This document shows, piece after piece, positions 47,847 to 59,240 of a stretch of 64,000 nt of DNA (the stretch's first letter is position 1; the number at the start of each line of letters is the position of its first letter). Origin of the DNA: an uncultured beta proteobacterium (lineage in GTDB: Bacteria > Pseudomonadota > Gammaproteobacteria > Burkholderiales > Casimicrobiaceae); assembly GCA_963733985.1 (NCBI GenBank), contig CAVTFF010000003.1:101619-165618 (forward strand), written 5' to 3'. Below the pieces are notes generated by a model. It was not told where the DNA came from. It made no database searches and saw only the letters and a program-made list of their open reading frames with translations. The position numbers were made by a program, and so were the translations under genes.

Positions 47847-48068
47847 TCATTTTCCGCGGGAGTTCGTCGTGTGCTCATCGTCCACTGGCGGGGCGCCGTC
47901 GTCCCCTTCAGGCAAGTTCGCGACGGGGACGCGGTACGTTCCCGATGCCCATGCGCCGAGATCGATCAGCCGGCAGCGTTCGGAACAGAACGGCCGCCAG
48001 CGCGACGCCGGCGTCCATTCGACGGGAGTCCCGCAATGCGGGCAGGCTACAATGCGCGGCGATGCCAT
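47847..48068 (-). CDS. yacG: DNA gyrase inhibitor YacG (zinc finger)
   Basis: 73 aa from Met 48068: [18 protein letters not shown]...[17 protein letters not shown] (4-Cys zinc-binding pattern). Confidence 0.8.
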   Translation of the reverse strand: MASPRIVACPHCGTPVEWTPASRWRPFCSERCRLIDLGAWASGTYRVPVANLPEGDDGAPPVDDEHTTNSRGK

Positions 48069-48210
48069 CGCGTTGGCGATTGCCAAATAGGCGCTGGATG
48101 CGGTGCGCCGGGTGGACGAAGCGCAGCAATGGGATTCATCCGCGTCCGGCCACAGCAAGGTTAGCATGCAACGGATGCGTCATGTTTTCAATCGAGTGCA
48201 AGGAATCGCA

Positions 48211-49449
48211 ATGAAAGTGGTCTTCTCGTGGATCGCCGTGCTGCTGGCCGCATCGGCCGTCGTCGGCTGCGGCGGCGGAAGCTCGCCGTCGGCGCCGACC
48301 AGTGTAGTGGCCGTCCCGCACGACAGCAGTGCAACGATCTCCTGGAACATGGAGTCGGACGTCGAGTACTGGGTCTGGGTCGCCGCGGCGCCGACCGTCA
48401 GCTCCGACAACTGCGCGAACACCGCGGGGTGCGTGATCAAGCGAGGCGTTACGTCGCCCTATCTCCTCACGGGCCTCATCAACGGCACCGAGTATTCGGC
48501 GGTCATCAACGGCAGGATCAACGGCGGCCCCGGTGGTCCCGACAGCGCGCCCGTGACCTTCACGCCACGCGCCGCCGGCGCTCAATGGAGCGTCGGAACG
48601 CCGCTTGGAACGGGCAACCTGCTCGGCATCGCCTACACGCCCGCAACCACGACGACCGGCAGCACTTACGTCACCGTGGGTCAAGGGGGAGCCATCTTCT
48701 CGGGCGCCGATGCCATCAGCTGGACGCCGAGGACCTCGAACGTCGTCGCAAACCTCAATGCGGTCGTGTTCGCCGGTTCCCAGTTCGTCGCGGTCGGCGA
48801 CGGCGGAACGGTCGTGACCAGCGCCGACGGAATCACCTGGACTACACGCACATCGGGGACCGCCGGCAATCTCTACGGTGTGACGGTAGCGGGCGTCTTC
48901 GTCGCTGCGGTAGGCGCGGGCGGCACGATTCTCACCAGCACGGACAGCGGGTCCACGTGGACGGCGCAGACATCGGGAACGACCGGCGACCTCTACGCGG
49001 TGACCGTCAACTCGACGTCGACGTTCGTCGCGGTAGGTGCGAAAGGAACGCTCGTGTCGAGCGCGAACGGCACGACGTGGACGGTCGGCAACTCGCAGAC
49101 GACGCTCGATCTCAGGTCGATTGCCTGGGCAGCGACCGGGGCCGCGGGCACATTCGTCGCTGTCGGCGCGGCAGGCGCGCTCGTCACGAGCGGTGACGGC
49201 ACCACCTGGACAGCGCAGACGCCCATTGCGACAGTGTCGCTGGCAGGGATCGTTGCCGGATCGCAATACGTCGCAGTTGGGGCGGGCGGCGCGATCTTCA
49301 CGAGCACTGACGGCATCAACTGGCAGCCGGCGGTCTCGGGGACCACGAACGATCTCTACGCCGTGACGTTCACCGGCACTTCTGTCCTGGCACCGCAGAT
49401 CGGCTTCGTCGCCGTCGGCGCGGCCGGGGCAAACCTGACGTCGTTCTAG
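48211..49449 (+). CDS. lipoprotein with an FN3-like domain and an Asp-box (BNR) beta-propeller
   Basis: Intact. AAGGAA SD, lipobox LLAASAVVGCGGG, FN3-like SAPTSVVAVPHDSSATISWNM...YLLTGLINGTEYSAVINGR, then 6-7 repeats of about 40 aa carrying SxDxGxxW motifs (TSADGITWTT, TSTDSGSTWTA, SSANGTTWTV, TSGDGTTWTA, TSTDGINWQP). Confidence 0.75.
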   Translation: MKVVFSWIAVLLAASAVVGCGGGSSPSAPTSVVAVPHDSSATISWNMESDVEYWVWVAAAPTVSSDNCANTAGCVIKRGVTSPYLLTGLINGTEYSAVINGRINGGPGGPDSAPVTFTPRAAGAQWSVGTPLGTGNLLGIAYTPATTTTGSTYVTVGQGGAIFSGADAISWTPRTSNVVANLNAVVFAGSQFVAVGDGGTVVTSADGITWTTRTSGTAGNLYGVTVAGVFVAAVGAGGTILTSTDSGSTWTAQTSGTTGDLYAVTVNSTSTFVAVGAKGTLVSSANGTTWTVGNSQTTLDLRSIAWAATGAAGTFVAVGAAGALVTSGDGTTWTAQTPIATVSLAGIVAGSQYVAVGAGGAIFTSTDGINWQPAVSGTTNDLYAVTFTGTSVLAPQIGFVAVGAAGANLTSF

Positions 49450-49466
49450 CGCTTTCCAGAGGCAGA

Positions 49467-50225
49467 TCAGAGATTGCAGAACATCAGCTCGAATTCGACG
49501 TCGCGGTCGTAGACCGAACCACGGTCCATGCCGGTTAGGCCGATGAATCGGATGTTGAGCGCGTACTTGTTCGCGCTGATCTCCGGAACACAGGGGACGT
49601 CGCGGCCCACCGACAAGCGCAGGAGTTGCGCGACCTTCGACGTCGTCAGCATCAGTTGAAATACGCCGCGGTACGCGATCTGCCGACTCGCGCGGCCATT
49701 GTCGCGCAACAACCTCAGAATGATCGCGAGACCATCGTGGAGCGGCAGAAACGGCTCGATCCACGCCTTGAGGTCGTTCTGGCGCGCGGCCGGATCGGCG
49801 TTGAGCCAGTAATGGTAGGCGGGGAGATCGAACTCGCAGACGCCGCCCGGGATCGCGGTGCGCTGCTTGATCGTCATCAGCCACTCGTTCTCGCGCAGGT
49901 GCGCGCCTGCCCGTCCTGCATGCGCGAGCAGCGCGCTGCTCGCCTTGTCGATTTCCAAGAGCAGGGGTTCCAGCACGCGCGTCTCGATCGCAGGGTTGTT
50001 GCGCAGCGGCGAAAGCAGTTGCTTCTGCCGCTCGAGTTCCTGCAGCATATCGGTCTTCAAGTCGGCGCGCGCGGCGACGTCGGTGATCTCGAACAGCGCG
50101 AGGAGCGCTGCGTGGTGATCGGGCGCCTCGGTGCGCGCGGCGAAGAATCGCGCGCGATGGAAGAGATCCTCGAGGCGCATCAGCGTACGGATGCGTTCGT
50201 TAAGCGGATGCTCGTATCGGATCAC
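49467..50225 (-). CDS. zapD: cell division protein ZapD
   Basis: Intact, 252 aa. MIRYEHPLNERIRTLMRLEDLF...ELERQKQ...VPEISANKYALNIRF. Position next to coaE and yacG is typical. Confidence 0.85.
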   Translation of the reverse strand: MIRYEHPLNERIRTLMRLEDLFHRARFFAARTEAPDHHAALLALFEITDVAARADLKTDMLQELERQKQLLSPLRNNPAIETRVLEPLLLEIDKASSALLAHAGRAGAHLRENEWLMTIKQRTAIPGGVCEFDLPAYHYWLNADPAARQNDLKAWIEPFLPLHDGLAIILRLLRDNGRASRQIAYRGVFQLMLTTSKVAQLLRLSVGRDVPCVPEISANKYALNIRFIGLTGMDRGSVYDRDVEFELMFCNL

Positions 50226-50270
50226 GACAGGTCTTCGATCGTGCGCGTTGCGTCAAGGCCGCATTCTGCC

Positions 50271-50963
50271 CTAAGTCCGGGCGATCCGACCGGGTAGCTG
50301 CCCACGGTTCTTGGCAAATGCGCGGTAGCGTCGGTCGAGTTCGGCCACCTGACGATCGAGCCCGGCAATCGGCCCCGAATTGTCGATGACATCGTCGGCG
50401 CGAGCGAGACGATCACGGCGCGATAGCTGGGTCGCCATGATCGCCCGAATCTCGTCGGGGGCGAGCCCGCTGCGCGCCGCGACGCGCCGCACCTGCTCAC
50501 CTTCCGGGCAGTCGACGACGAGGATGCGCTCGACGATTCCTGCAAGCCCGCCGCGCTCGAACAGCAACGGGACCACGAGAATGCCGTAAGGACTCTTCCA
50601 TCCGGCGATTTCCTGTTTCGACGCGCGGCCGATCAGCGGGTGCAGGATCGCCTCGAGCTTCGTGCGCGCGGAGGCGTCGGTGAAGACGAGGTTGCGCAGA
50701 CGGGCGCGGTCGAGCGTGCCGTCCTGGCGCCGCATCGTCGTGCCGAACGCTTTCAGGATCGCTTCGAAGCCGGGCTCACCGGGTGCCGTCAGCGCGTGCG
50801 CTAGGCGATCGGTGTCGGTGACGGCGATCCCGAGCGCGGCAAACGCGTCGGCGACCGCCGACTTGCCACTGCCGATGCCGCCGGTCAGTCCGACGATATA
50901 GGGCCCGTTGACGCTATCGCCGCGAACCCGCTGGAGCAACTTGGAAGAAGCGTCCTCGCTCAC
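50271..50963 (-). CDS. coaE: dephospho-CoA kinase
   Basis: Intact. P-loop VGLTGGIGSGKSAV, VVPLLFE. The GTG start overlaps the pilD stop (GTGA); a later start is possible. Confidence 0.88.
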   Translation of the reverse strand: MSEDASSKLLQRVRGDSVNGPYIVGLTGGIGSGKSAVADAFAALGIAVTDTDRLAHALTAPGEPGFEAILKAFGTTMRRQDGTLDRARLRNLVFTDASARTKLEAILHPLIGRASKQEIAGWKSPYGILVVPLLFERGGLAGIVERILVVDCPEGEQVRRVAARSGLAPDEIRAIMATQLSRRDRLARADDVIDNSGPIAGLDRQVAELDRRYRAFAKNRGQLPGRIART

Positions 50964-51796
50964 GGCAAGTACCAGCGCACGAGGACCGGCCCCCAGAACA
51001 GCGCGATCGCGCCGGCGACGGCGAGATACGGGCCGAACGGGATTGGGATGTTGTGGTCACGCCCCTTGAACACGATCAATACGACACCGACGAGCGCGCC
51101 GACGACCGAGGACAACAGCACGATCAACGGCAGCATCTGCCAGCCGAGCCATGCCCCCAGCGCCGCGAGCAGCTTGAAATCGCCGTAGCCCATCCCTTCG
51201 CGGCCGCGGACAAGCTTGAACAGCCAATAGATGCTCCAGAGCGAGAGATAGCCGGCGACCGCACCGATCACCGCGCTCCCGATCGGGACAAACGTTCCCC
51301 ACAGGTTGGCGACGAGGCCGGCCCACAGCAGGGGGAGGGTCAGATCATCGGGAAGTAGCTGGGTGTCGGTGTCGATGACCGTCAGCGCGAGCAGCGTCCA
51401 GAGCAACACGCAGGCGGCGACTCCCTTCGAAGTCGGACCGAAACGGTAGATCGCGTACGCCGCGAGCAGGCCGCCCAGGAGCTCGACGATCGGATAGCGG
51501 ACCGAGATCGCGGTCTTGCACGCGCTGCAGCGTCCGCGGAGCGCGAGCCACGAAATGAGCGGGATGTTCTCCAGCGCGCTGATCCGGTGCCCGCAGGATG
51601 GGCACGCCGACCGTGGCACCATGAGGTTGTAGGCGGGCGCTTCGGGCACCGCCTCGCCGCGGAGTTCCGCGCACTGCGCGCGCCAGCCGCGCTCGAGCAT
51701 TCTGGGCAGCCGGTGGATCACGACGTTGAGAAAGCTGCCTGCACACAGCCCCACGACAAGCGCGCCGACGGTGTAGAGAGGAAGCAAGTCGGTCAT
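50960..51796 (-). CDS. pilD: prepilin peptidase / N-methyltransferase
   Basis: Intact from Met 51796. Cys motifs CPSCGH...CSACK, catalytic regions TVIDTDTQLLPD and GMGYGDFKLLAALGAW. Multi-TM. Confidence 0.9.
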   Translation of the reverse strand: MTDLLPLYTVGALVVGLCAGSFLNVVIHRLPRMLERGWRAQCAELRGEAVPEAPAYNLMVPRSACPSCGHRISALENIPLISWLALRGRCSACKTAISVRYPIVELLGGLLAAYAIYRFGPTSKGVAACVLLWTLLALTVIDTDTQLLPDDLTLPLLWAGLVANLWGTFVPIGSAVIGAVAGYLSLWSIYWLFKLVRGREGMGYGDFKLLAALGAWLGWQMLPLIVLLSSVVGALVGVVLIVFKGRDHNIPIPFGPYLAVAGAIALFWGPVLVRWYLP

Positions 51797-51962
51797 GCGA
51801 AGGGTTCGGGACCCGTGCTCGTTCCGAACGAGCGCGGCATCGTCCGCTGCAAGCGGCCCAAAGCGGGGCAGCCGGCAGACGCCCCGGGCCGCGATCGTCG
51901 GTCGCGCCTGTGGTAGCCGATGCGTCGTGGGAGGCGCGTGATCCGCGTGCAGCTTGCCTCGG

Positions 51963-53193
51963 TCAAACGACGGCGCCGAGCTTGAAGATCGGCAGGTACA
52001 TCGCAATGACGAGGCCGCCGATCACCGTCCCCAGGAACACGATGATGATCGGCTCGAGCAGGCTGGAGAGCGCGGCCACGGCATCGTCGACCTCGCGCTC
52101 GTAGAAGTCCGCGATCTTCCCGAGCATGTTGTCGAGCGATCCCGATTCCTCGCCGATCTGCGTCATTTGCAGCACCATCGACGGGAACAGGTTCGTGTTG
52201 GTCATCGCGTTGGTGAGGCTCGACCCGGTGCTGACCTCGGTCTGGATCCGCTTGGTTCCGGCCGCGTAGACCGAATTGCCGGAGGCACCTCCTACCGCGT
52301 CGAGCGATTCGACCAGTGGCACGCCGGCGGCGAACATCGTCTGCAGCGTGCGCGTCCAGCGGGCGATCGTCGCCTTTTCGAGGATGGCGCCGATGACGGG
52401 GAGCCGGAGGGAGATGCGGTCGACCAGGTAGCGGAAGGCTGCGGAGCGTTTCAACAGCATGAAGAAGGCGATCAGCGCACCGACGATGAACAGGAAAATG
52501 AGCCACCACCACGCCACGACGAAGTCGGAGATCGCCATCACCACCAGCGTCGGGCGTCGGCAGGTCGGCGCCGAAGCTCGAGAATACCTGCTTGAACGCC
52601 GGAATCACGAAGATCATGATCACCCAGACGACGACGATGGCGACGACGATCACCGAGATCGGGTAGAACATCGCCGACTTGATCTTGGCCTTGATCGCGA
52701 GGATCTTTTCCTTGTACGTCGCGAGCCGGTCGAGGATGGCGTCCAGCATCCCGGAAGTCTCGCCGGCGCTGACCAGGTTGCAGTAGAGGGTGTCGAAATG
52801 GGCGGGGTGCTCGCGGAACGCCTGCGACAGGCTCGAGCCCGCTTCGACGCGGCTCTTGAGGTCCAGGACCAGGCGCGAGAAGCGCGCGTTGCTGTGGCCG
52901 CGCGCGACGATTTCGAACGACTGCAGCAGCGGCACGCCCGCGCGCAGCATCGTCGCGAGCTGCCGGGTGAAGAACGTCATGTCCTTGTCGGTGATCCTCT
53001 TGCCGCCACGGAACGACTGACGCTTGATCTTGGTGACGCGGATGCCCTGCCGGCGCAGGTTGGTCGTAACGACGGTTTCCGAGGCGCCCCGCGCCTCGCC
53101 GCGCGTCTGGCGATTGGTGCGGTCGACGCCCTCCCAAAGGAACGTGTATTCCCTGACCCTGACATCTCTGCGCGCGGTGGTGGCGGTGGCCAT
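51963..53193 (-). CDS. pilC: type IV pilus platform protein PilC (GspF family; one frame disruption)
   Basis: Two GspF-like halves: [20 protein letters not shown]... and ...[17 protein letters not shown]...[19 protein letters not shown]. Frame change near 52550. Confidence 0.88.
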
Positions 53194-53224
53194 GGCTTGA
53201 ACCTCGTGATCGGGGAGCGTGCCG

Positions 53225-54951
53225 TCACTCGTTGGTGATGGCTTCGATTTCCTCGAGCGACGTGACGCCGAGCTTGACTTTGATGAGGCCTGATTGGCGA
53301 AGGTCGCGCACGCCTTCCTTTCGCGCCTGGTCGGCGATGTCGAGCGCGGTGCCGTTCCGCATGATGAGCTGGCGCATCTCGTCGGAGATCGGCATGACCT
53401 GGTAGACGCCGACGCGGCCCTTGTAGCCGGTGCCCTTGCAGTGATCGCAGCCTACCGGCCCGTAAGGCTGCCAGGTGCCGTCGATGTCCTCTTCGGAGAA
53501 TCCGGCGCGGATCAGCGCTTCCGGCGGGATGTCCTTCGGCTTCTTGCAGTTCACGCACAGGCGGCGGCCGAGGCGTTGCGCAGTGATCAGGATCACCGAC
53601 GAGGCGACGTTGAACGGCGCGACGCCCATGTTGAGAAGCCGGGTCAGGGTGGTCGGTGCGTCGTTGGTGTGCAGCGTCGACGAGCACGAGGTGGCCGGTC
53701 TGCGCCGCCTTGATCGCGATATCGGCGGTTTCGAGGTCGCGGATTTCGCCGACCATGATGACGTCCGGGTCCTGCCGCAGGAACGCACGCAGCGCCGTCG
53801 CGAATGTGAGACCCGCCTTTTCGTTGATGTTGACCTGGTTGACGCCCGCGAGCTGGATTTCCGCCGGGATCTTCGGCGGTCGAGATGTTGATGCCCGGCT
53901 GGTTCAGGATGTTGAGGCACGTGTAGAGCGACACCGTCTTGCCGCTGCCCGTCGGCCCGGTGACGAGGATCATCCCGTACGGCCGGCCGATCGCAAACAT
54001 CAATTGTTCCTGCTGGTCCGGGCTCGTAGCCCAGCGCCTCGATGCCGAGCTTGACGCCCGAGGAGTCGAGGATACGCATCACGATCTTCTCGCCGAACAG
54101 CGTCGGCAGGGTGCTCACACGGAAGTCGATCGCCTTCGACTTCGAAAGTACGAGCTTCATCCGGCCGTCCTGCGGCACGCGCTTCTCTGAGATGTCGAGC
54201 TTCGAGATTACCTTGATTCGGGATGCGACCTTGTCCTTGATCACGAGAGGCGGTTGCGCGACTTCGGACAGGATCCCGTCCAGGCGGTAGCGGATCCGAT
54301 AGTACTTTTCGTACGGCTCGAAATGGATGTCGGAAACGCCGGCGTTGATCGCGTCGATCAGGATCTTCTGGATGTACTTGACGACCGGCGCGTCCTCGAC
54401 CTCCGAGCTCTCCTCGTCGCTGAGCGGCACCGGGCCGCCTTGCTGGAGATCGACCTCCAGGTCCTCCATTGCGGCGACTTCGCTTGAGCGTTGCGCCCGT
54501 CGCCTCGATCAGCTTGGCGATCGCCTGGCCGAGCTTGTCGTCCTCGACGACGACCGGCTCGACGACGAGGTTGGTCTTGAAGCGGACTTCCTCGAGCGCC
54601 TGGAGGTTGGCCGGGTCGGACGTCGCGACGTACAGCCTGTTGCCGCGCTTGTGCAGCGGCAGAACGCGCCGCGCCGCGGCCATCTTGGTATCGACCAGGT
54701 CCTTCTGGATCTGATCGAGATCGAACGCCCGCGAGATCCAGCAGCGGAACGCCGAACGCCCGCGACCCGAACACCGCGAGCTGCGCCGCCGTCATCCGCT
54801 TGCCGGGAGGACCTGCTCGACGAACGTGACGCTCGCCTGCTGCGCCTGCGTTTTGCAGCGTTTCCGCTTCGTATTCCGTCATCAACCCGTGCTGCGCGAG
54901 AGCGCGCGCGAGTCCGCTGATGTTGCGTGTCGAGGCGGCGTGGGTGGCCAT
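53225..54951 (-). CDS. pilB: type IV pilus assembly ATPase PilB (frame-disrupted)
   Basis: N-terminal GSPII domain ([31 protein letters not shown]), Walker [33 protein letters not shown], tetra-Cys CVNCK...[12 protein letters not shown]. About 6 frame changes. Confidence 0.9.
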
Positions 54952-54999
54952 CGGCTGGTTGATAGAGAAGGTGGCAGAACGGGGCAAGAGGCCGCTATG

Positions 55000-56392
55000 T
55001 CAGCCTCGCAAGCAATTTATGTGCCTTTTTTGGTGGCTGCCACCCCTCCCGCGCGATATTCCAATCGCATAAAACTTAGCCAGTCGATGATGCCTGTCCG
55101 CTGGGCTTTGTAAAGCTGCGGCGGGATCGCGGCCCACCGGGGCCAGCAGCCGCACGACCTTGACGGCCCGGTCCTGCGTTTGCAGGATCTCGAGCGCCTG
55201 CCCGGCGACCGCGACCTTCGTCCCGGCGTCGGGGATCTCGCCCAGTTGCTCGACGATCAGCCCGTTGAGCGTCTTCGGGCCGTCGAGCGGGAACTGGGTG
55301 CCGAGCTTGCGGTTGAGCGTCCGCAGCGGCGCCATCCCATCGACGACGACGCTGCCGTCGGCGTCGCGGCGGCACGATTGCGCCGCCGCCGGCGCCTGCG
55401 TCGTGAAATCGCCGATGATCTCCTCGATGATGTCCTCGATGGTCACGAGTCCCTGCAGCTCGCCGTATTCGTCGACGACGAGCCCGAGGCGCTGCGCGGT
55501 CGGTCTGGAACTGCTGCAGTTGCGTCAGCAGCGGCGTCCCGGCCGGCACGAAATAGGGCGGACGCAGGATCGTCCGCAGCGCGCTCGGCGTCGATCTCGC
55601 CGCCATGCTGCAGGCGCACGACCTGCTTCAGATGGATGATGCCGACGATGTTGTCGAGCGCATCCTCGTAGGCGGGGAGCCGCGTGTGATACGACGTCGC
55701 GAGCTGCTCGGCGAGCAGCGCCGGCTTGGCGGTGAGGTCGAGCGCGTGGATCTGGTTGCGCGGCGTCATCACGTCGTCGACGCTGACCGCCTCGAGATCG
55801 AGCAGGTTGGCGAGCATCGTCCGGTGCTTGCCGCGGAAATATTGTCCTTCCAGCACCAGCGAGCGCAGTTCCTCCTGCGTCAGCGCGGGAGCGGTTTCGG
55901 TGGTCGTCGGGATCCTGAGGAGCTTCAGGAGTCCCTGCACGAAAAGGTTGACGAACCACACGACGGGCGTCGCTGCCTTCAGCATCGGTGAGAGCACGAA
56001 GCTCACGACGGAGCGATGCGGTCGGCATGCGCGGCGCCGACGACCTTGGGCGTGATCTCGGAGAACACGAGGATCGCGAACGTGATCGCGACGGTGCCGA
56101 GCGCCAGCGCGAGCTCGCCCTCGCCGAAAAGGCGTTTGGTGATGACGGCGGTCAGCGTCGCGGCCGCGGCGGCGACAAGCGTGTTGCCGAGCAGGATGAC
56201 GCCGAGCAGCTTGTCGATCTGAGCGAGCAGCGCGAGCGCCTGCCGTGCTCCGCGCTCGCCGCGATGCGCGCGATGGCGAAGGCGGTGGCGGTTCGCCGCC
56301 ATCATCGCCGTCTCGGCAATGGAAAAGAAACCCGAGGCGATCAGCAGCAGCGCGAGTGCGATCGCGAGCGTGCTTAGCGGAATGTCGTCCAT
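55000..56392 (-). CDS. HlyC/CorC-family (CNNM: DUF21-CBS-CorC) transporter-associated protein (frame-disrupted)
   Basis: DUF21 N-terminus LLLIASGFFSIAETAMMA...LLGNTL...VFSEITPK; CBS region VDDVMTPRNQI...GIIHLKQV; CorC_HlyC region VVDEYGELQGLVTIEDIIEEIIGDF...DGSVVVDG. About 3 frame changes. The 3' end is taken from ORF 55000..55446 and is uncertain. Confidence 0.8.
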
Positions 56393-56472
56393 CAGGTGTC
56401 AGAGTTCAGGCAACAGGCAACGGACGCAGACTCGTGCAATCTCCGCTACCTGTTCCCCCTTGCCTGTTCTCC

Positions 56473-57307
56473 TCACCTGCCAAGCAGGACCTCGAGCACG
56501 AACTTGCTGCCGAGGTAGGCGAGGAGCAGCGAATACCGTGCCGGCAATGATCCAGCGCAGCGCGATGCGTCCGCGCCAGCCGTAGCGCCAGCGGCCCCAA
56601 GAGGAGCGCGCCGAACGTGAGCCAGCCCAGCACCGAGAACACGCTCTTGTGCGTAAAGGGGACGGGCGGCCGAACACCTGCTCGGAAAACAGCATGCCGC
56701 TGACGAGCGTCAGCGTGAGCAGCGCGAACCCCGCCGTCACGAGCCGGAACAGGAAGCGCTCGAGCGTCAGCAGCGGCGGGACGCTGTCGCGGCCGCGGAT
56801 CGGGAAGCCGCTGTGCAGCCGCTTTTCGAGGCCCATCAGGACCAGCGCCTGCACCGCGGCGACGAGGAACAGCGCATAGGCGACGAGTGCGACCGCGACG
56901 TGCGCGGCCGCCGAGCGGCTCGTCGGCGAACGGAATCGGTGCGGATGCGCGAACACCGCGGGCAGAAGCGCGGCAACGGCCGCGACGGGCAGCACGATCG
57001 TCCCGATCGCCGGCAGCGTGCGCAACAGACCCGACACCCAGCGCAACCGCCGCGACGAGCCCGCCGACGACCGAAAGCGCGTTGGCGAGGGACAGGTCGA
57101 GGCCGTCGGCGGTGACGACGTCGTTCCACGCGAGCCACGCGTGCAGCAATAACGTGGCCGCCAGCAGCGGCGTCGCCGAGACCGCCGGCAGGCGAGCCGG
57201 CGACGGCGTGGCGGCTTCGCAGCCGCGCGCTCCGCTGCGCCCTGCGGCCACAGTGCCCACGCGGCAAACGCGTACAGGGCGGCGGCGACAACATGGAGTA
57301 AAATCAT
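56473..57307 (-). CDS. YpjD/CcsA-like cytochrome c assembly family membrane protein (frame-disrupted)
   Basis: Divergent from ffh, as ypjD is in E. coli. Multi-TM fragments: MILLHVVAAALYAFAAWALW, ...AHVAVALVAYALFLVAAVQALVLMGLEKRLH..., ...PLLTLERFLFRLVTAGFALLTLTLVSG..., and C-terminus ...LLLAYLGSKFVLEVLLGR with the stop at 56475-56473. About 4 frame changes. Confidence 0.65.
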
Positions 57308-57405
57308 CGACTTTCGATCGCAGGCGGCGGCGTTTCCACCGGTCGCCAGTGTACATCAGCGGTTGAGCTGCCCTTCTTGCGCGGCGCCGCTCACGTGGGT
57401 TCCCG

Positions 57406-58749
57406 ATGCTCGACAATCTGACCCAACGGCTCGCCGCGTCGTCAAGCACTGCGCGGCGAAGCGCGCCTCACCGATGCCAACATCAGGACGCGCTGCGCGA
57501 AGTGCGCCTCGCGCTGCTCGAGGCCGACGTCGCGCTGCCGGTCGTCAAGGAGTTCGTCGCCGCGGTGAGCGACAAGGCGCTCGGCGAGGAAGTCGTCGGC
57601 TCGCTGACGCCGGGGCAGGCGCTGATCGGCGTCGTCCATCGCGAGCTCGCCGCGCTGATGGGCGGCGCCGCGACGCCGCTCGATCTCGCGACGCAGCCGC
57701 CGGCGGTCATCCTGCTCGCGGGACTGCAGGGCGCCGGCAAGACGACGACGGCGGCCAAGCTCGCGCGGCTCTTGCGCGCGCAGAAGAAGAAGGTGCTGCT
57801 CGTTTCCGCCGACGTCTATCGGCCGGCGGCGATCGAGCAGCTGAAGGCGCTGGCGCAGCAGGTCGGCGTCGACTTCTTTCCGTCGCGCGCCGGCGAGCAG
57901 CCGGTCGCGATCGCCGAGGCGGCGCTCGACTGGGCGCGACGGCACTATCACGACGTGCTGATCGTCGACACCGCCGGCCGGCTCGCGATCGACGAGGCGA
58001 TGATGCGCGAGATCGCCGACCTGCACGCCGCGGTCAAGCCGATCGAGACGCTGTTCGTCGTCGACGCGATGCAGGGCCAGGACGCCGTCAACACGGCGCG
58101 CGCGTTCCGCGACGCGCTGCCGCTCACCGGCGTCGTCCTGACCAAGCTCGACGGCGACGCGCGCGGCGGCGCGGCGCTGTCGGTGCGCCATGTCACGGGC
58201 GCGCCGATCAAGTTCGTCGGGCGTCGCCGAGAAGATCGACGGCCTCGAGGTGTTCCATCCGGAGCGCATGGCGTCGCGCATCCTCGGCATGGGCGACGTG
58301 CTGTCGCTGATCGAGGACGCGCACAAGACGGTCGACGTCGAGGAGGCGGAGAAGCTCGCGAAGAAGGTGAAGTCCGGCAAGGGCTTCGACCTCGAGGACT
58401 TCAAGGCGCAGATCGCGCAGATGCGCAAGATGGGCGGGCTCGCCGGGATGCTCGACAAGCTGCCCGCGGAGCTCGCGCGCGCCGCGCAGGGCGCAACGAT
58501 CGACGAACGCAAGATGGCGCGCATCGAGGGCATCATCAACTCGATGACGCCGCCGAGCGCGCGAAGCCCGAGCTCCTCAAGGCGTCGCGCAAGCGCCGGA
58601 TCGCCGCCGGCGCGGGCGTATCGGTGCAGGAAGTCAACCAGCTGCTCAACCAGTTCGAGCAGACGCAGAAGATGATGAAGATGGTCGCCAAGGGCGGCAT
58701 GCAGAAGATGCTGCGCGGAATGAAAGGGCTCCTTCCTGGCATGCGCTGA
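57406..58749 (+). CDS. ffh: signal recognition particle protein Ffh (frame-disrupted)
   Basis: MLDNLTQRL..., [39 protein letters not shown], and the Met-rich M domain (...[16 protein letters not shown]...MMKMV...). 4 frame changes (about 57435, 57480, 58220, 58555). Confidence 0.92.
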   Translation: MLDNLTQRLAASSSTARRSAPHRCQHQDALREVRLALLEADVALPVVKEFVAAVSDKALGEEVVGSLTPGQALIGVVHRELAALMGGAATPLDLATQPPAVILLAGLQGAGKTTTAAKLARLLRAQKKKVLLVSADVYRPAAIEQLKALAQQVGVDFFPSRAGEQPVAIAEAALDWARRHYHDVLIVDTAGRLAIDEAMMREIADLHAAVKPIETLFVVDAMQGQDAVNTARAFRDALPLTGVVLTKLDGDARGGAALSVRHVTGAPIKFVGRRREDRRPRGVPSGAHGVAHPRHGRRAVADRGRAQDGRRRGGGEAREEGEVRQGLRPRGLQGADRADAQDGRARRDARQAARGARARRAGRNDRRTQDGAHRGHHQLDDAAERAKPELLKASRKRRIAAGAGVSVQEVNQLLNQFEQTQKMMKMVAKGGMQKMLRGMKGLLPGMR

Positions 58750-58880
58750 TCAAGGCCAAACCGGCCCGGTTGAGCGAGAGGGTCCAGGTTTCGAATTCGG
58801 CATCCCAAACAATGGGTTGGCGAATCGTCGCCGGCGGCCGCACCGGGCGGCATCGGCAGCGACGGGGAGGTGAGGCCTCC

Positions 58881-58910
58881 TTGTCCGCTCGCCGAATTCC
58901 ATCGTATAAT
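58881..58910 (+). promoter_or_regulatory. sigma70-type promoter of the rpsP-rimM-trmD-rplS operon
   Basis: TTGTCC (58881-58886), 18-nt spacer, consensus TATAAT (58905-58910), 34 nt upstream of the rpsP ATG. Confidence 0.65.
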
Positions 58911-58943
58911 CAAAGACTTTCCTCCGTTTACGAAAGAAGCATC

Positions 58944-59215
58944 ATGGTCGTCATCCGACTCGCCCGCGGCGGCGCGAAGAAGCGCCCGTTCTTCAACGTC
59001 GTCGTCGCCGATTCGCGCAATCGCCGCGACGGTCGCTTCATCGAGCGCGTCGGCTTCTACAATCCGATCGCCGGCGAAGGCGAAGAAGAGCTGCGCATCG
59101 CGCACGACCGGATCAGCTTACTGGCAGGAGCGCGGCGCGAAGCTGTCGGACACCGTCGCGGGCCTCGTCAAGGATCGGCAAAGCCAGGCGCAGCCCGCGA
59201 CCGCGGCAGCCGTAG
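58944..59215 (+). CDS. rpsP: 30S ribosomal protein S16 (frame-disrupted; 3' end uncertain)
   Basis: [43 protein letters not shown]...[21 protein letters not shown]. Frame change near 59115. No in-frame stop in the working frame; the nearest candidate stop, TAG 59213-59215, needs one more shift. Confidence 0.85.
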
Positions 59216-59240
59216 CCGCTCCGGAGTTGCGCCGGCCAAG

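Noticed and set aside
47835-47862. The TCCGCGGA...TCCGCGGG dyad between the Nudix gene and yacG as a bidirectional terminator.
   Set aside because: It overlaps the yacG 3' coding end and lacks flanking T/A runs. The evidence is too weak to call.
58780-58812. tRNA-like T-arm (CAGGTTTCGAATTCGG) between ffh and rpsP.
   Set aside because: It is not the GGTTCGAATCC consensus, and I could not build an acceptor stem or anticodon arm around it.
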